A stretch of DNA of 64,000 nucleotides from Laetmonice hystrix (taxonomy: Eukaryota): positions 32,738,001 through 32,802,000 of the forward strand of contig OZ249440.1 of the NCBI GenBank assembly GCA_965235115.1, in the 5' to 3' direction. Shown here piece by piece: positions 13,373 to 26,321 of this stretch. Position numbers and translations under genes: made by a program. The notes below the pieces were generated by a model that was not told the origin of the DNA, did no database searches, and saw only the letters and a list, made by a program, of their open reading frames with translations. Position 1 is the stretch's first letter; each line of letters starts with the position of its first letter.

Positions 13373-13623
13373 CACGCCCGATGATTTGTGCACGTCTATA
13401 TCGCTAACTAGTTTACGGTTAATCTGTTCGTTTACAAGCTCGGCACCACTGAGTTTAGGACCCGACAGAGAACCACCATGGATTGGTGACCAACACATCG
13501 GGGTTCTGCTTCAGTTAGTTATTCATTAAGTATTCATTAAGTATTAATTAATATACATAGGCGTAGGAAGCTCTTTTTGGTTGGGGGTGGGCCTGAAGGT
13601 TGGAGTACTAATATTTCCTATTG

Positions 13624-14116
13624 GATTAAACTGGCGTGATATTCAAAAAAATGAAAGTAATACCAAAGTTCAATTTTTTTGTGTATAGCATAGTCATAGT
13701 ATAAGCTTTCAAATAAACCATAAAAAATGATAGGATTTTATTCTTATTTTCGAGAAAAGTATAGGTTAAGATTGGTCAAATTAACATTGAACTCAATGAA
13801 ACCCGTTTTTTTCCATTGAAGCTTTTCCAGTCTACATCAAAAATTAGAACGGTGACCTACCCTTTTCTCTTGTTTAAAATGATCAATATTTTCCTAAGAT
13901 GAATATATGTAAATTTGGAAGAATGTTATTAGCAGAAGTAGTTCAGCGGAAGTAAAAACGTCCCACAAGGTCTATATCCCCATTGAATCCTATGTTAAAT
14001 TGATCAATCTTTACCCATCATTTTCCCGAAAATTAGCACAGTGATCTAACATTTTTAATGTTTTATATCGAAGCTTATGCTATACACAATTTTTGGCCTA
14101 TGACGCCGGTTTATCT
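13624..14116. mobile_element. Degenerate TIR element (Kolobok-like MITE)
   Basis: Left taaactggcgtgata is an imperfect inverse of right tatgacgccggttta; TTAA only at the right end (14117-14120). Confidence 0.5.
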
Positions 14117-14860
14117 TTAATAACATTATGCCTCAGATTTTCTGGAAGAGCTGGGTGTACATGGTGTAGATATTCCTGGTCCTGGTGACCTGCTGAAGTT
14201 GCTCTTTATACTATCTGGAGATTTCTGTGTGTTGCTAATTGCTGCAAAATGAGTGGGAGTTTTGGTGTAGATGAATACAAACGCACTGCTTTCCCACCCA
14301 AATATATCAGATCCTCTTCCCACTCATCCAGTTTCTTTGCCGCACCTCTAACAGCTCTATGTGGTGGTCACGGCGGTGGTCCACTTTCTTGCCCTGCAGG
14401 GACATCACATTTTAGGTTGGCTTTGGTCTTCTTCACTAGGCCCTTTTTTCCTCCTGCCATCTTTGCGCTTTGTAGGAGTATGATCACATGACTAGTCACA
14501 TGACGCGAACAGATTGAGCTTATCCAGCTGGCCTATCTTCGATATGACTGAATAACATTGTATAGGCCTAGGCCTAGGCCCGTGTGTAGGCCAGGGGCGG
14601 ATCCCGAATTTTCAGTTGATGGGATAAAGGACGGACCCAGGTCATCCCCCAGGCAGGGTTGTGGTTCGTGACAAAAACAAAGAAACAACAACAACAAAAC
14701 CTGGGCGTAGGAAGGCCATGAAAAGTGGGGGGGGGGGGACAAATGATTCCATCATGAGTGCCGAAGGTGTGAAGTCTAGGAGTGTCAAAGGAGCGCAGCG
14801 CTCTCGGCCGGCATGCTCCACCAGAAAAAATTGAAATTTTGGGTCATTTTTGTGACATCT

Positions 14861-15345
14861 TGTAAAGTATAATCACTTTATTTAGATTTACTTCATATAT
14901 TGTTATGTAAGGTATAATCACTTTATTTCGATTTGCTTTATACATACTTATGTAAGGTATAACCCCCTTATTTAGGTTCTTCATATATTCCGTTGTGTGT
15001 AGCATATATTAGGGTGTGTACTATCCATTGCAGTAAACATTTCACGAAGGGATGAGGTTGCCTCCGTGCATCTCGTGTGGACACGCCCCTTGCCTAAGGA
15101 GGGGCGGGCTCTCCCCCTCCGTGCCATGAATCCCCATGCATGCGCACGGGCGGGACACGCCCATACTATGTAGAAGATGTATATGGGTGAAGTTTGGGGA
15201 GGAATAAAGTTACTCTCGGTTCAACACTCACTGAGTCGACTGCTGCTATTTCCACTGGCCGTCGAGAGTCCGGTTAAGTTGGCCAGTGGTAACTGTCGTG
15301 CCATGTAGTGAGACTTTATTTTAAAAACACGTTTAACACGTTACA
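14861..15345 (+). mobile_element. Solo LTR
   Basis: TGTAA...TTACA ends, 4-bp TSD ATCT (14857-14860, 15346-15349), AATAAA near 15203, no internal region. Confidence 0.75.
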
Positions 15346-15645
15346 ATCTGGTGCATTTTAGAACACAAAATAAGGATCTATGATTTTATACTCCACATAT
15401 CAGTGGGATTAACCTTGGACGTTTGGGTTTCCTGAGTAAAAAAAAGTGGGGGGGGGGGAGACAAAAGATATCACCTTAAATTGGTGGGGGCTTTCCTATG
15501 CCCCTGCAACAACAACAAAAATTCCGCAACAAGAGGGGCTCAGCTTGACAATGTCTCATAAAATAGGCCTTTATTACATGGGAGTGTTTCAATCCATACC
15601 CAATAGGCCTACCATTTAAGTAGAAAATAATCTGTGATTCTTAGG

Positions 15646-15913
15646 CAGGGCCGGATCCGGGGGGGGGGGGTTGTGGGGCTTGCAACCCCCAAAAAAATCC
15701 CAAAAAAAAGAAAAAAAGAAAGAAAATAGAAAGAGAAAAGAAAAGGAAACAAGGTGTCAAATGTGCGTCCTCCAGCCCAGGAACCACAGTGTGAATCTAG
15801 AATCTAAAGCGATAAGTAGCCTATACGTTATATATTTCATAAAATAATAATAATTTCGGACTTGACGACTGCAACTTCCCCCCTCCTTGAAAAAAATCCT
15901 GGATCCGGCCCTG
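15646..15913. mobile_element. hAT-like MITE with 5-bp TSD
   Basis: TIR CAGGGCCGGATCC / GGATCCGGCCCTG; TTAGG on both sides. Confidence 0.7.
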
Positions 15914-16950
15914 TTAGGGGGGCTAAAACCCTTTTGCTCCCCCCATCTGCCATTGAGAAGGATTATATTATTCACAGTACATTGTATCCCCCAATAGTTT
16001 ATAACCATACATTGCTTTGGGTGGAATGGGCAGAGAGTGAGTAAGTAATGGTGGTTTTACACCGTGTCGGCATCCAGGGCCATCTTCACGGCGAAAACGG
16101 AGTAAAAAAGACATAATGAAAAGGACCTATTATATCCCGGTGTAACAGTTCTAATGACCCCCCCCCCCCCCATCTAATATACCCCCCGGTCATCTTGACC
16201 TTAGGTTCAAATGACCCCCCCCCCCCTAGGTCCAAAGTACCCCCTTTGTTTCTTTGGTTGAATTGAATACGAAAATATGAAAATGGCTATACGTGTAGTT
16301 GAAACACGGACGTTCGGCATGGTTTATTAAAAAACAATCGGACAGTATAATCGAACAGTTGTGTGCTCTAGCATAAACATGAAATATAAAAAAAACCATA
16401 AAATATGAAATTACATTCAGGTTGTTCCTCTGGCACTTACATATCAAGTCTACACTTTCCAGGCATATAACAATCAAATAGCTGTCAACTCAACGTTTTA
16501 AATCATCTTACATGTAAACAGTTTATAGCTCTCAAATCATACATGTGCACGTATGTATGAAGTTTTATAATTAAAACAAAAAATCCAATATTCTATCCAT
16601 GAAAATTACGTTACAGCCACAAGAATCATATCTCACTCATAGCTTACATGCGTTTCACCGTCTGGAAATGTTGCCCCACATTCATTATGTATAGCGCTTC
16701 ACTTGAGTGGTCATCATTGGATAATTTTCCCTTTGGGAGGAACTTCAGTCACTTGTAAACAGGACCTGCTGGTGAATATACAAATATTGAGGTCTGAAGC
16801 ATAGTTGCCGTTGCAAAGATTTCAACCTCAGTGGCCCATACTTTCTGCGTTTCCACGCCCGTCCTTTGAAGGTAAGCAGTGATGGATTCTTTCCGATCAA
16901 GGACACTCTTGAGTAGGTGGCCATTATTTCTCATGAAGCTTGTCACTATA

Positions 16951-17536
16951 GAGTGAGTAAAAAAAACTAGACACTTTTTAAAAGACCCATTGTTTTATTG
17001 TGTAAAATTATATAAAATATATTTTGCTTGTACTTATGGAGCAACTCTTCCTGCATCTTTTGGTACCAGTCATGCTTGATTGGCTTTTATGCATGACCGC
17101 ACAGGAGACAATTAAGGGACAAGGGTGAAATCTGACCTGCGCCAACTGCATCAGAGATGGATATGAACAAAAATCAACGAAGGCTCTTTGATGAGGAGTG
17201 AATTGTGGACGCACCATACTGCTGCAGTGCCAAGAAGGCCTAATGGGGCCTATGAGCAAGTGTGTGTGATTTGAATTAACTGATTAAACCAGGGGCATGA
17301 AAATTACTTGGCTATCCATTTCATATCCAGCTCTGATCAGTTGGCGCAGGTCAGATTTCACCCTTGTCCCTTAATTGTCTCCTGTGCGGTCATGCATGAA
17401 AGCCAATCAAGCATGACTGGTACCAAAAGATGCAGGAAGAGTTGCTGCATAAGTACAAGCAAAAATATATTGTATATATTGGTACACAATAAAACAATGG
17501 GCCTTTTAAAAAGTGTCTAGTTTTTTTTACTCACTG
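16951..17536. mobile_element. Tc1/mariner-type fold-back MITE
   Basis: Roughly 200-bp inverted arms (gAGTGAGTAAAAAAAACTAGACAC / GTGTCTAGTTTTTTTTACTCACTG) next to TA; the centre keeps MVRPQFTPHQRAFV on the minus strand. Confidence 0.8.
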
Positions 17537-17844
17537 TTATGTCGCCTCGCGTGTCGTCAGCGGGGAGAGACAATAGAGTCAATCGCTCATTTGAAGCTTT
17601 TTAATGCAGTCATCTCAAAACACGAACATATCCAAATGGCGTCCTGCCTGCCTTTTTTTCTCTTTTACGCATGCGCCCCCTCCTAGCGGCTACAAAGTTA
17701 ACTATTGGCCTATGGTGGCCTGCCCCATAGCGGGATGTGGTGAAACTGTAATCATCTGCCACTGGCCTACGGTGGCCTGCCCCCTATCGGAATATGGTGG
17801 AAACTATAACTACATAAACTTTACTACATCATAACATCACCCTG
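17537..17844. mobile_element. Second Tc1/mariner-like remnant, left end lost
   Basis: Right end CATCACCCTG followed by TA at 17845-17846; removing 16949-17846 restores the OTU frame ELRV-I-VTSFM. Confidence 0.55.
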
Positions 17845-19111
17845 TATAACTCGCAGTTCTTGGTAGTTCTCTTGGCTGCCTGTGATGATATGTGATAGAG
17901 CGCAGAAGAAACAATTCCCGTCTCCTACTATTTGCATCATAGAAAATGGAGCCTGGCTAATATTGATGGAGACGGGGTTATCCCCATGTTTAGTATTGGC
18001 TCTATGCAGCTCCAGTCCAAGGGCTTCACAACGATCTTTCTGCCAGTTGCCACATACAGGCAAGTAGTCTATTGTAGATATTTCCTCTTGTTGCACAATT
18101 TCAACTGATTCATTGTCACACACTCGCTTCTTCGGTGGAGGAGATGAGGGGCTGTCGTCATTTTCATCATGATCATTATTAGAACAACGCTTGCGATTCA
18201 TTGAGGATGAGGAGGAAGAAGGTTCCTTATATGTCTTCAAGTTGCACCCATTTGCTTTCTTTCGAAGTTCAACACCATCAGAAGTTTGCAACTTGTAGGT
18301 ATTTTTCCCCATGCACTCGAGAATTATATATGGACCATTCCATCTTTCGATAAACCTGCCACCTTTTCTGTCATTCCAGACCATGTTCTTGTGCAGGACC
18401 TTGTCGCCACATTTAAAGAGGGTAGGACATCGACGTTTATCATAGTTTTTCTTTTGATGATCCTGCGCTTGCTGGATGTTTGTTTTTGCCTTCTCATACA
18501 TCTTCTTTTGTATGTTTTCCATTACTTTGCTGTGCTTCTCTAGATCATTTGATTGTGGATCCATAGGTTCTGAATCATCAGAATCAGACACGGAACTTGA
18601 AAACTACATTTCTATGGAAAGTCTGGCGTCTCTGTTATATAGCATCTCGAAAGGTGTGAATCCAGTGCTTGCATGTTTGGAAGTTCGGTAGGCGAAGAGG
18701 ATGGGGGACAATCCTTGCACCCATTTGGTTTTGTCACTCAAACACTTTACGAGACCATCTTTTGTTGTTCTGTTTTGTCTCTCAACGAGACCATTTGCCT
18801 GTGGGTGATAGGCACTTGTGACTTTCTGTTTTGTACCACACAAACGATGCAATTCGTCGCTAACACTGTTAACGAACTCCCGACCTTGGGCGTTAATTTG
18901 GATATCCACACACCCATGGCGGCAAACAATGTCCTGGAACAGGAAAATGGCAACCTCTTCTGCAGTTTTGGATTTTGGGGGTCTTGCTTCGACCCGTTTT
19001 GGATTTTGGGGGTCTTGCTTCGACCCATTTCGTGAAATAATCAACTGCTGTGACCACGTAACGGAAACCCTCGGGAGTTTGGGGCAAACATGATAAGTCC
19101 ACTCCAATCTG

Positions 19112-19829
19112 GGGTGCATTTTACAACCGCTTGTCGTGCGTTAAATAATCGTAAACTGTAAACTTACGACAGAGGTGTTTCACAACCCCTGTCGTGCGTA
19201 AAAATCTGTACGACGGTGTCGTAAACCAAGGCCAAAATAAAGACAGCTCTGACCCTGTCGTTAAGCTGTCGTAACGACTCAAAAATCCTTTTATCTGGCA
19301 TGTAAATACTGATGTTTTCGGCTCCATATGGCCTCTTTTAAGAATTGCATGGGAAAAAATCTCCAAAAAGAACCAAATACCAAGTAGGATGGCTGATTCC
19401 GATCGAGCATCTCACTGACAGTCGACTAGGGTCGAGCATAGATGCCGCATTCTAGCGTTAGAAGGCGTCACAATCGTCGGCGGCCAAGGCACCGCCACAA
19501 CACAAAATGAAGCAAAAACACTTTTGAGTCACCTCATGATGTGTTTCAAACGCGATTAGGAGTATTTATTAACGTGTCAAAAAATTCAGTGTTTGTGTAT
19601 AAGCAGCAAACCTAAACAACAGCTCCATCCGGTTTACGCTCACTGTGTCGCGACGTTGTATTGAACAATGATCTCCGCTGAGAGATTTGTGACGTTAGCA
19701 ACAGCGATATGCAAGCGCACGACAAGCTTACGCACGACAAGGGTTGTGCAACGGGGTATCGTAGACCTTGTCGTTAAGTTTACGACAAGCTTATAGTTAA
19801 TGCACGACAAGTGGTTGTGAAACGCACCC
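19112..19829. mobile_element. PIF/Harbinger-type MITE in the Ginger integrase
   Basis: TIR GGGTGCaTTTtACAACC / GGTTGTGAAACGCACCC; flanks CTG and CAG; removal restores KAMSQIGVDLSCLP. Confidence 0.8.
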
Positions 19830-20119
19830 CAGGCTCATGGCTTTCGTTGGAACATTCACTGAATGCTGGACCGCTTTTTCCTTTTCAAAGCATGGGTTAG
19901 TCTTTTGGCACGTCGAGCATGTGTCCACAAAGGCGGACACATCATACGATATACCTTTCCAGAAGAAGCGTTCAAGGATCTTTGCTTGGGTTTTATCTCG
20001 TCCCAAATGGCCTGAGAGACATTTAGCCTCGTCGCTGTCGCCTGCACCACAATTAGTCCGGGAGCCCAGTGAGTTTTAATTAGCATTTTGAACCTGAAAG
20101 GTTTGAGGTTTGCACTGTA

Positions 20120-23100
20120 TAGGGTGTGGCCTAGGGTCTTAGGAATGGGAGTTCGTAAGTGCCGCAAATGTGGGATAAGCCAGGGGGCGCCCCTGAAAGT
20201 ACCCCAAAAATTGACTGTAATCAGTATTTCGTGCCCAAACAAGATTCGACCCTTCATTTACTGGTATTGGTCTCCTAATCTCAGAACTATAACTTAAGAA
20301 AACATTTTTACTGGGAAAGGCCACTTAACCCTTTCGTCTTTCGTGGTTACTGTCCTCAATTGAGGACACCACTTCTGGGTGTACCAGGTTAGAAGCATGT
20401 ATCATTGTTCACAACCCCTGATGCATGATATCCTCACTAGAGGGGAGGAGCATCCAATGAGCCTGACATCTGGTTGCTGAGCTGTGAACTAAAATGCGAC
20501 CTTGACCTTGATATGAGGCAAGCATGGTCGGTTCCGACAACAAAAAAATCCGAATATTCACAGCACCATCCAGGTGGAAAAGAATTCAAGCCAGAATTTG
20601 AGTATTTTTTTGGTAAATATATAGATGAGGAAGAATAGGAAAATTAATAGAAAGTGGTGTGATTTTCAATGCTTAGGTGTCAATGGGTGTTCAAATATCT
20701 GTCCTCATATGAGGACGCTGCACATGTACGTCATCTGCTCTAAGATCAAAATACCCTCCCCATCTGGGAATACCGCACACTCAGCTGAAATTTTTACATA
20801 GCATTATAACCAATGTGAACTTGTTTTAAAAACAATCACTATATTTGCAATAATGTGTATTTTTGGGAGGACACAATAAGTCACCATCAACCTTTCAAGT
20901 GCAGAGTCCTCGTGTGAGGACAGTTGTTAAGTTTTTTCTTGCGCACCGTCCTCATTTGAGGACACCTCATCAAACTGTGTTAATTATATAAAATGAAATA
21001 GCCACCATTACAAGTTGTTATTTAGTGAATAAACACTTAAATTTTTTCAGAGAAAAATTTTTCAAGTTACTTTTTCTAAATGCGTGCATGAAAGGGTTAA
21101 GAAGACCACTAACTAGCACTAATTAAGGGGTTTAATTAGCAATTTGAGCCCATCAATGATATTTGTGCTAAAAGGTAGGTGAGAGTAACTAAAATCAATA
21201 TCACATACTTTAAAAGAAAAGATTATCTGTGGGATTCCTTACTTAAGAAGATGGTGCCACTCCAGCTAACAGACAAAACCATACTTTTCAAACAAAACTT
21301 TATTAATACCACAAAATTATGAAGACTGATGTTTGATTAGGCCTACTTCGTACTCGGTACTAAATATTCAAAACAATCAAATTTAGTCCGAAATTAAAAC
21401 TATTCATTGTGAAATTTTCTTGCTATGCTCTCATCATCCGCTGGTTCCCCTTCTCAATCTACTGTATTCACATATAGATTAGTCAGAATCTTCAGTAATC
21501 TCCTTGTCCGAACCAAGATCCCCTTCTTCATCGTCTGAAGATAGAACAAAATCATCTTCAGGATCGCCAGCATTGAAACCTGTGTCACCTTCCTCTGGAA
21601 CCAATGCATCAGGAAGCTGTGCATCTCTTTGCTGACTTCAGGTAATCGCTTCTACATGAATGATGGTACTTTGCTTCCTTCGCGATCATGTCAACTCCTG
21701 ATATTTTTGCGAGCATTCTGTCATCTTTCAATACTCGAGCAGCTTCCCGGATACGTCTTTCAGCTTCCTTGGTTTCACATGCCCCAAGTTCTTCTTCACT
21801 GCCCGCCTTTTTCCTTTTTCCGAACTTGGTCACAAAACAGACACTGTCTAGGGAAAATACCAGCAGTTGTGGTACTAGGTGGTTGCTCCGATGCTGACCG
21901 TAAGTGTTTAATGGTAGGCTCTTCTTTCCCCTCCTGCTCAGTTGTCACAGCAGTAAAATTTTTGTAGCAAATGCTGTGATAACCGTCTGCATTTGAACCG
22001 TCACCATAGAACTTTGATGAAAGAAAACACTTTTTCTGCTTACGATTTCAAGTGTAACAATGGCTTACAAGCAATGGAAAAGTGAAGCATTCAGGAATCT
22101 AGGGCTTAGAGATAAAGGCTCATGACTTATGTACTGAAGGGAGTTGATATGTGAAAATTTAAATCGGGGAAAACCCCATTCCAGGAACTGATTACCTAGA
22201 CATTGTTTTAGTCGACTTACCTTGGCTGGTTTTCCTGGAATCTATTCAACTGTCCTTGAAAATCACTGCGTGATGCCCCCTTCTTGAGTAAGGAATCCCA
22301 CTGGTGGTATTGATTTTGGTTACTCTCACCTACATTTTAGCACAAATTTCGTTGATGGGCTCAAATTGCTAATTAAACCCCGTAATTAGTGCTAATTGGT
22401 GATCTTCTTAATTGGCCTTTCCCACTAAAAATGATTTCTTAAGTTATAGTTTTGAAATCAGCACACCAATACCAGTAAATAAAGGGTCAAATCTTGTTTG
22501 GGAACGTATTGGTAATAATATTATTTTATTCCTTTTGGGGGGTACGTGGGGTGGCGCCCCCTTCTTAAGTAAGGAATCCCACAGATAATCCTTTCTTAAG
22601 TAGGTGGTATTGATTTTGGTTACTCTCACCTACATTTTAGCACAAATTTCGTTGATGGGCTCAAATTGCTAATTAAACCCCGTAATTAGTGCTAATTGGT
22701 GATCTTCTTAATTGGCCTTTCCCACTAAAAATGACTTCTTAAGTTATAGTTTTGAAATCAGCACACCAATACCAGTAAATAAAGGGTGAAATCTTGTTTG
22801 GGAACGTATTGGTAATAATATTATTTTATTCCTTTTGGGGGGTACGTGGGGTGGCGCCCCCTTCTTAAGTAAGGAATCCCACAGATAATCCTTTCTTAAG
22901 TAGGTGGTATTGATTTTGGTTACTCTCACCTACATTTTAGCACAAATTTCGTTGATGGGCTCAAATTGCTAATTAAACCCCGTAATTAGTGCTAATTGGT
23001 GATCTTCTTAATTGGCCTTTCCCACTAAAAATGATTTCTTAAGTTATAGTTTTGAAATCAGCACACCAATACCAGTAAATAAAGGGTGAAATCTTGTTTG

Positions 23101-23439
23101 GGAACGTATTGGTAATAATATTATTTTATTCCTTTTGGGGGGTACGTGGGGTGGCGCCCCCTTCTTAAGTAAGGAATCCCACAGATAATCCTTTCTTAAG
23201 TAGGTGGTATTGATTTTGGTTACTCTCACCTACATTTTAGCACAAATTTCGTTGATGGGCTCAAATTGCTAATTAAACCCCTTAATTAGTGCTAATTAGT
23301 GGTCTTCTTAAGTGACCTTTCCCAGTAAAAATGTTTTCTTAAGTTATAGTTCTGAGATCAGGAGACCAATACCAGTAAATGAAGGGTCGAATCTTGTTTG
23401 GGCACGAAATACTGATTACAGTCAATTTTTGGGGTACTT
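20120..23439 (-). mobile_element. Non-autonomous Academ-like element with long TIRs, right end truncated
   Basis: 20197-21245 (without the piggyBac insert) is the reverse complement of about 23160-23439; internal minus-strand relic with GYHSICYKNFT, CFV and DMIAKEAKYHHSCRSDY, resembling Academ transposase N-termini. Left boundary approximate. Confidence 0.65.
20329..21096. mobile_element. piggyBac-type MITE
   Basis: TTAA (20325-20328) then CCCTTTC ... GAAAGGG then TTAA (21097-21100); four internal GTCCTC-N4-GAGGAC palindromes; the empty site is visible in the opposite TIR (about 23308). Confidence 0.9.
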
Positions 23440-23440
23440 C
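22275..23440. repeat. 300-bp tandem amplification of the right TIR (3-4 units)
   Basis: Near-identical blocks with exact 300-bp period (spurious ORFs at 22444, 22744, 23044). Confidence 0.93.
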
Positions 23441-23853
23441 TTCGCGGCGGGAGGCCTACCAAGACCATCGTTATAAGACCCCTCAATGTCATAATTGAGC
23501 AGCAATTAAAGACATTAGGGTCTGACGCGCTGGGGATTCATGACTCAAATCAAGGTTTCCATACAATCTACTTTATAAAATTCTTTAATTTGTAAAGTTC
23601 TTCATGTTCCTTCGTCTGATTTCGGAATGGTTGAAATTAACTTCATATTCTTCCTTGAAATTTGTTGAAAAATATTTCCAGAGAAACAACAAAGCGTCTC
23701 AAACAAAAGTTACCATTTTGAGTATTTTGGTTAATTTTCCTTCCAGATGCTTTGCCATTGGATAGTGTCAATGTCAATGTCTCAGCCTTACGTTCAGGTT
23801 CATTCAAGTTTCTGGTCGGTCACCCAGAGCACTTCCTTGCTAAAGAAGTCTAA

Positions 23854-25184
23854 GGCCTGTATGCACCGCCTTCACTTTAGCCCTACTTTCCCCAAAGTAT
23901 AGCTTTAGTTCCACTTTTCTTATGCACCAGCTCAACTTTTCGTCCACTTTGGCGAAAGTGACACTTTCAGAGGCCCACACGAAAGGAACGGCTAAGTGAG
24001 GGCAGGAGGTCCCTTTAGCTACACTTTCGGTCGGCCTCAGCACATCGAGGGTGCATGAAATCTTTGAAAAAGGGTATCATGGACGATTTGCTAGATAATA
24101 TCGAGCAAATTTATCACCTTTGAGCAAGTAGGAGTGGTCGGCCATATATACAACATCATGCCAAGCCATTTGAGGAGTACAGTGATGAGCAGTTCCTGTA
24201 TCCATTTACCTGAAGCATTCTGTACTGGGGACGGGAGGGGACCGTCACCGGGAGGGTGGTCATCGGGAGGCGGCCGGTGCAGAGGGTTGGCAGTGTGGAC
24301 GGGACGCCTCCTTACACACACTCATTTTGAACTTGCAATTTTATCTCAAATAAAGACAAATACATGTACAAATATAAATTTTGCTACTTATAAGATGTTA
24401 AATACAAGTACAATTATACATCACGCTGCCTGACAGTGCCATTCAGACGCATGACTTTGATGAACAAAAAGTAACATAATTCATGAATGCATTGACCAAT
24501 CTTTCCTTTTTGTAAAAAGATTCCCTATAACATATGTGAAACTTGCAAATGTGACAGGTGTGCAAATAATTGATTGTGCATTTTTTGGGACACTCTGTAT
24601 ACTGGGGAAATAGTGAAACGGAAAAAAAAAACGGAATTCTTAAAATTCAAGCGAAAAAACCCCCCGGATTTTCTCATATTCGAAACGGAATTTCGTGGCA
24701 AGAAAGACGGAATTTGACTGGCTCTACTGTGCGATTCTATGCAACTGGGAGCTTTCAGACGTTCATAGGTGATGTTGCTGGGGTTCATCAGTCGTCAGTG
24801 TGTCAAATAATCAGCCGAATATGTCGAGCTAAAGTCAGTCAACATGACCAGTTCATCCACTTTACAACAGTTATACATTGTAATAAAATAACTTAAAGAA
24901 ATTATTTCAGGTTCCAGGTGGGCAAGACCAATGTTGGACTGCTTCCGACCCGTCTGTGCAGTTGGACACTCCCTTGAAATAGTATAGGCCTACTATTGTG
25001 CAATGCAACTTACAAAAAAGCACTGGGGGGTCACACTTTGCAAAGTACAGTTTTAGTACGCCCGGTGCATTCCAAGCTGCACTTTCTGAAAGTTACACCA
25101 AAGTTTCACTTTGGTGTCACTTTGCAAAGTTATACCTTGATCGAAAGTGACACTTTGGGAAAGTATAGGCTGTGCATACGGGCC
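23854..25184. mobile_element. PIF/Harbinger deletion derivative with HARBI1-like transposase relic
   Basis: TIR GGCCtGTATGCAC / GTGCATACGGGCC; flanks TAA and TTA; VRFYATGSFQTFIGDVAGVHQSSVCQII at about 24730-24830; removal restores helicase KEV-L-DVM. Confidence 0.85.
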
Positions 25185-26321
25185 TTAGACGTAATGCGAA
25201 CTGCCAAGTGGGCAAAGACAGTGACTAAAATTGTTGTAGATGAAGCCCACTGTGTTGTTCAATGGTCAACAGATTTTCGGCCTAATTATCGGGAAATTGA
25301 AATATTAAGATCCATTTTTCCGGATGCAACATTTGTGGCCCTTACTGCCACTGCTTCTCTCAGAATGAGGAAGGACATTATTAGGCTACTAAACATGTCG
25401 AAACCAACAATTATTTCGGCACAGGTTGATCGTGCCAATATTAAATACTGTGTCAGCAAAAGGGCCTCAAACTCCATCGGAGTGGAAGCTTTGTACACTG
25501 GAGTATTTGTTTCCCCTCATGGAGGAATTGAAATCAAAAAGGGCAGACTTCCCTAAACGTACTATATACCTCATTGAAATGGTGTGGCTTTGGTAATGAA
25601 GTTGGAGTGAGAATCCTGGCCTCTGGTGACGTAACAATGGCTGGTGTTCCCGAGATAGCGCAATTCCATGCACCACTTTCAGCAGAGGTACGAGTAATGG
25701 ATTGAACCTTTAGTAATTTTTTTTAGTTTTAAAAGTAAGGATGAACTTGTTGACAGCGCCCACATGCATGTCAGCGATTTGGTCGGGGGGGGGGGGGGGC
25801 AGAGGGCATGCCTCCCTGAGCAAGTCATTACTATAACCTGTAACGTGGCACCCTGAATTCCGTAGCCACCCCAAATTCCTCATAAACTATTAAGCAAAAG
25901 TACTTTTGGAGAAATCTCAAATTCCAGAACTTTTCAATGGCGTTAACTTCATTTCTCTATTTTTTTTATGAAATTTCCATGTCCGGAAAACCAATTTTTA
26001 TTTTTCATTACATTCCATGACCTTGGGAACCCTATTTCGTAACCCGGGGAACCCTGCTAATACTTTTGTAATTTCACAGGTAAAAAAAATCGTAGCTGAT
26101 GAGATGACAGGTTCTAACAGTGAATTTGCGCCTACTACTTGCAACGGAGGCTTATGGCATGGGAGTTGACACCCCCGACATATGCCAGATTGTGCATGCT
26201 GGTCCACCTTGTACTTTGGAATGTAAGAATATTATGTTATATTATTTCACAAGGCTAATCAGTGCCTCCCAAAAGAATGAGAACACACAAATTTTGTGCG
26301 AACATACCATAAACAGCCTTA

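Larger units (their letters stand above)
16141..20095 (-). mobile_element. Ginger1-like DNA transposon (Gypsy-type integrase fused to an OTU domain), disrupted and 5'-truncated
   Basis: Minus-strand pieces: HLGRDKT..FFWKGI..CSTCQK, VDYFTKWVEA, QGREFVN, YHPQANGLVER, RWNGPYII, then IVGDGNCFFCALS and WATEVEIFATATML (OTU). No RT or gag. Terminus TGTAACAG at 16141 preceded by CCGG. Confidence 0.8.

Noticed and set aside
14126..14491. Exon-like minus-strand segment starting MAGGKKG
   Set aside because: Interrupted by a stop and a frameshift, and no family recognised.
22444..23229. Three repeated 61-aa ORFs as a gene cluster
   Set aside because: By-products of the 300-bp non-coding repeat.
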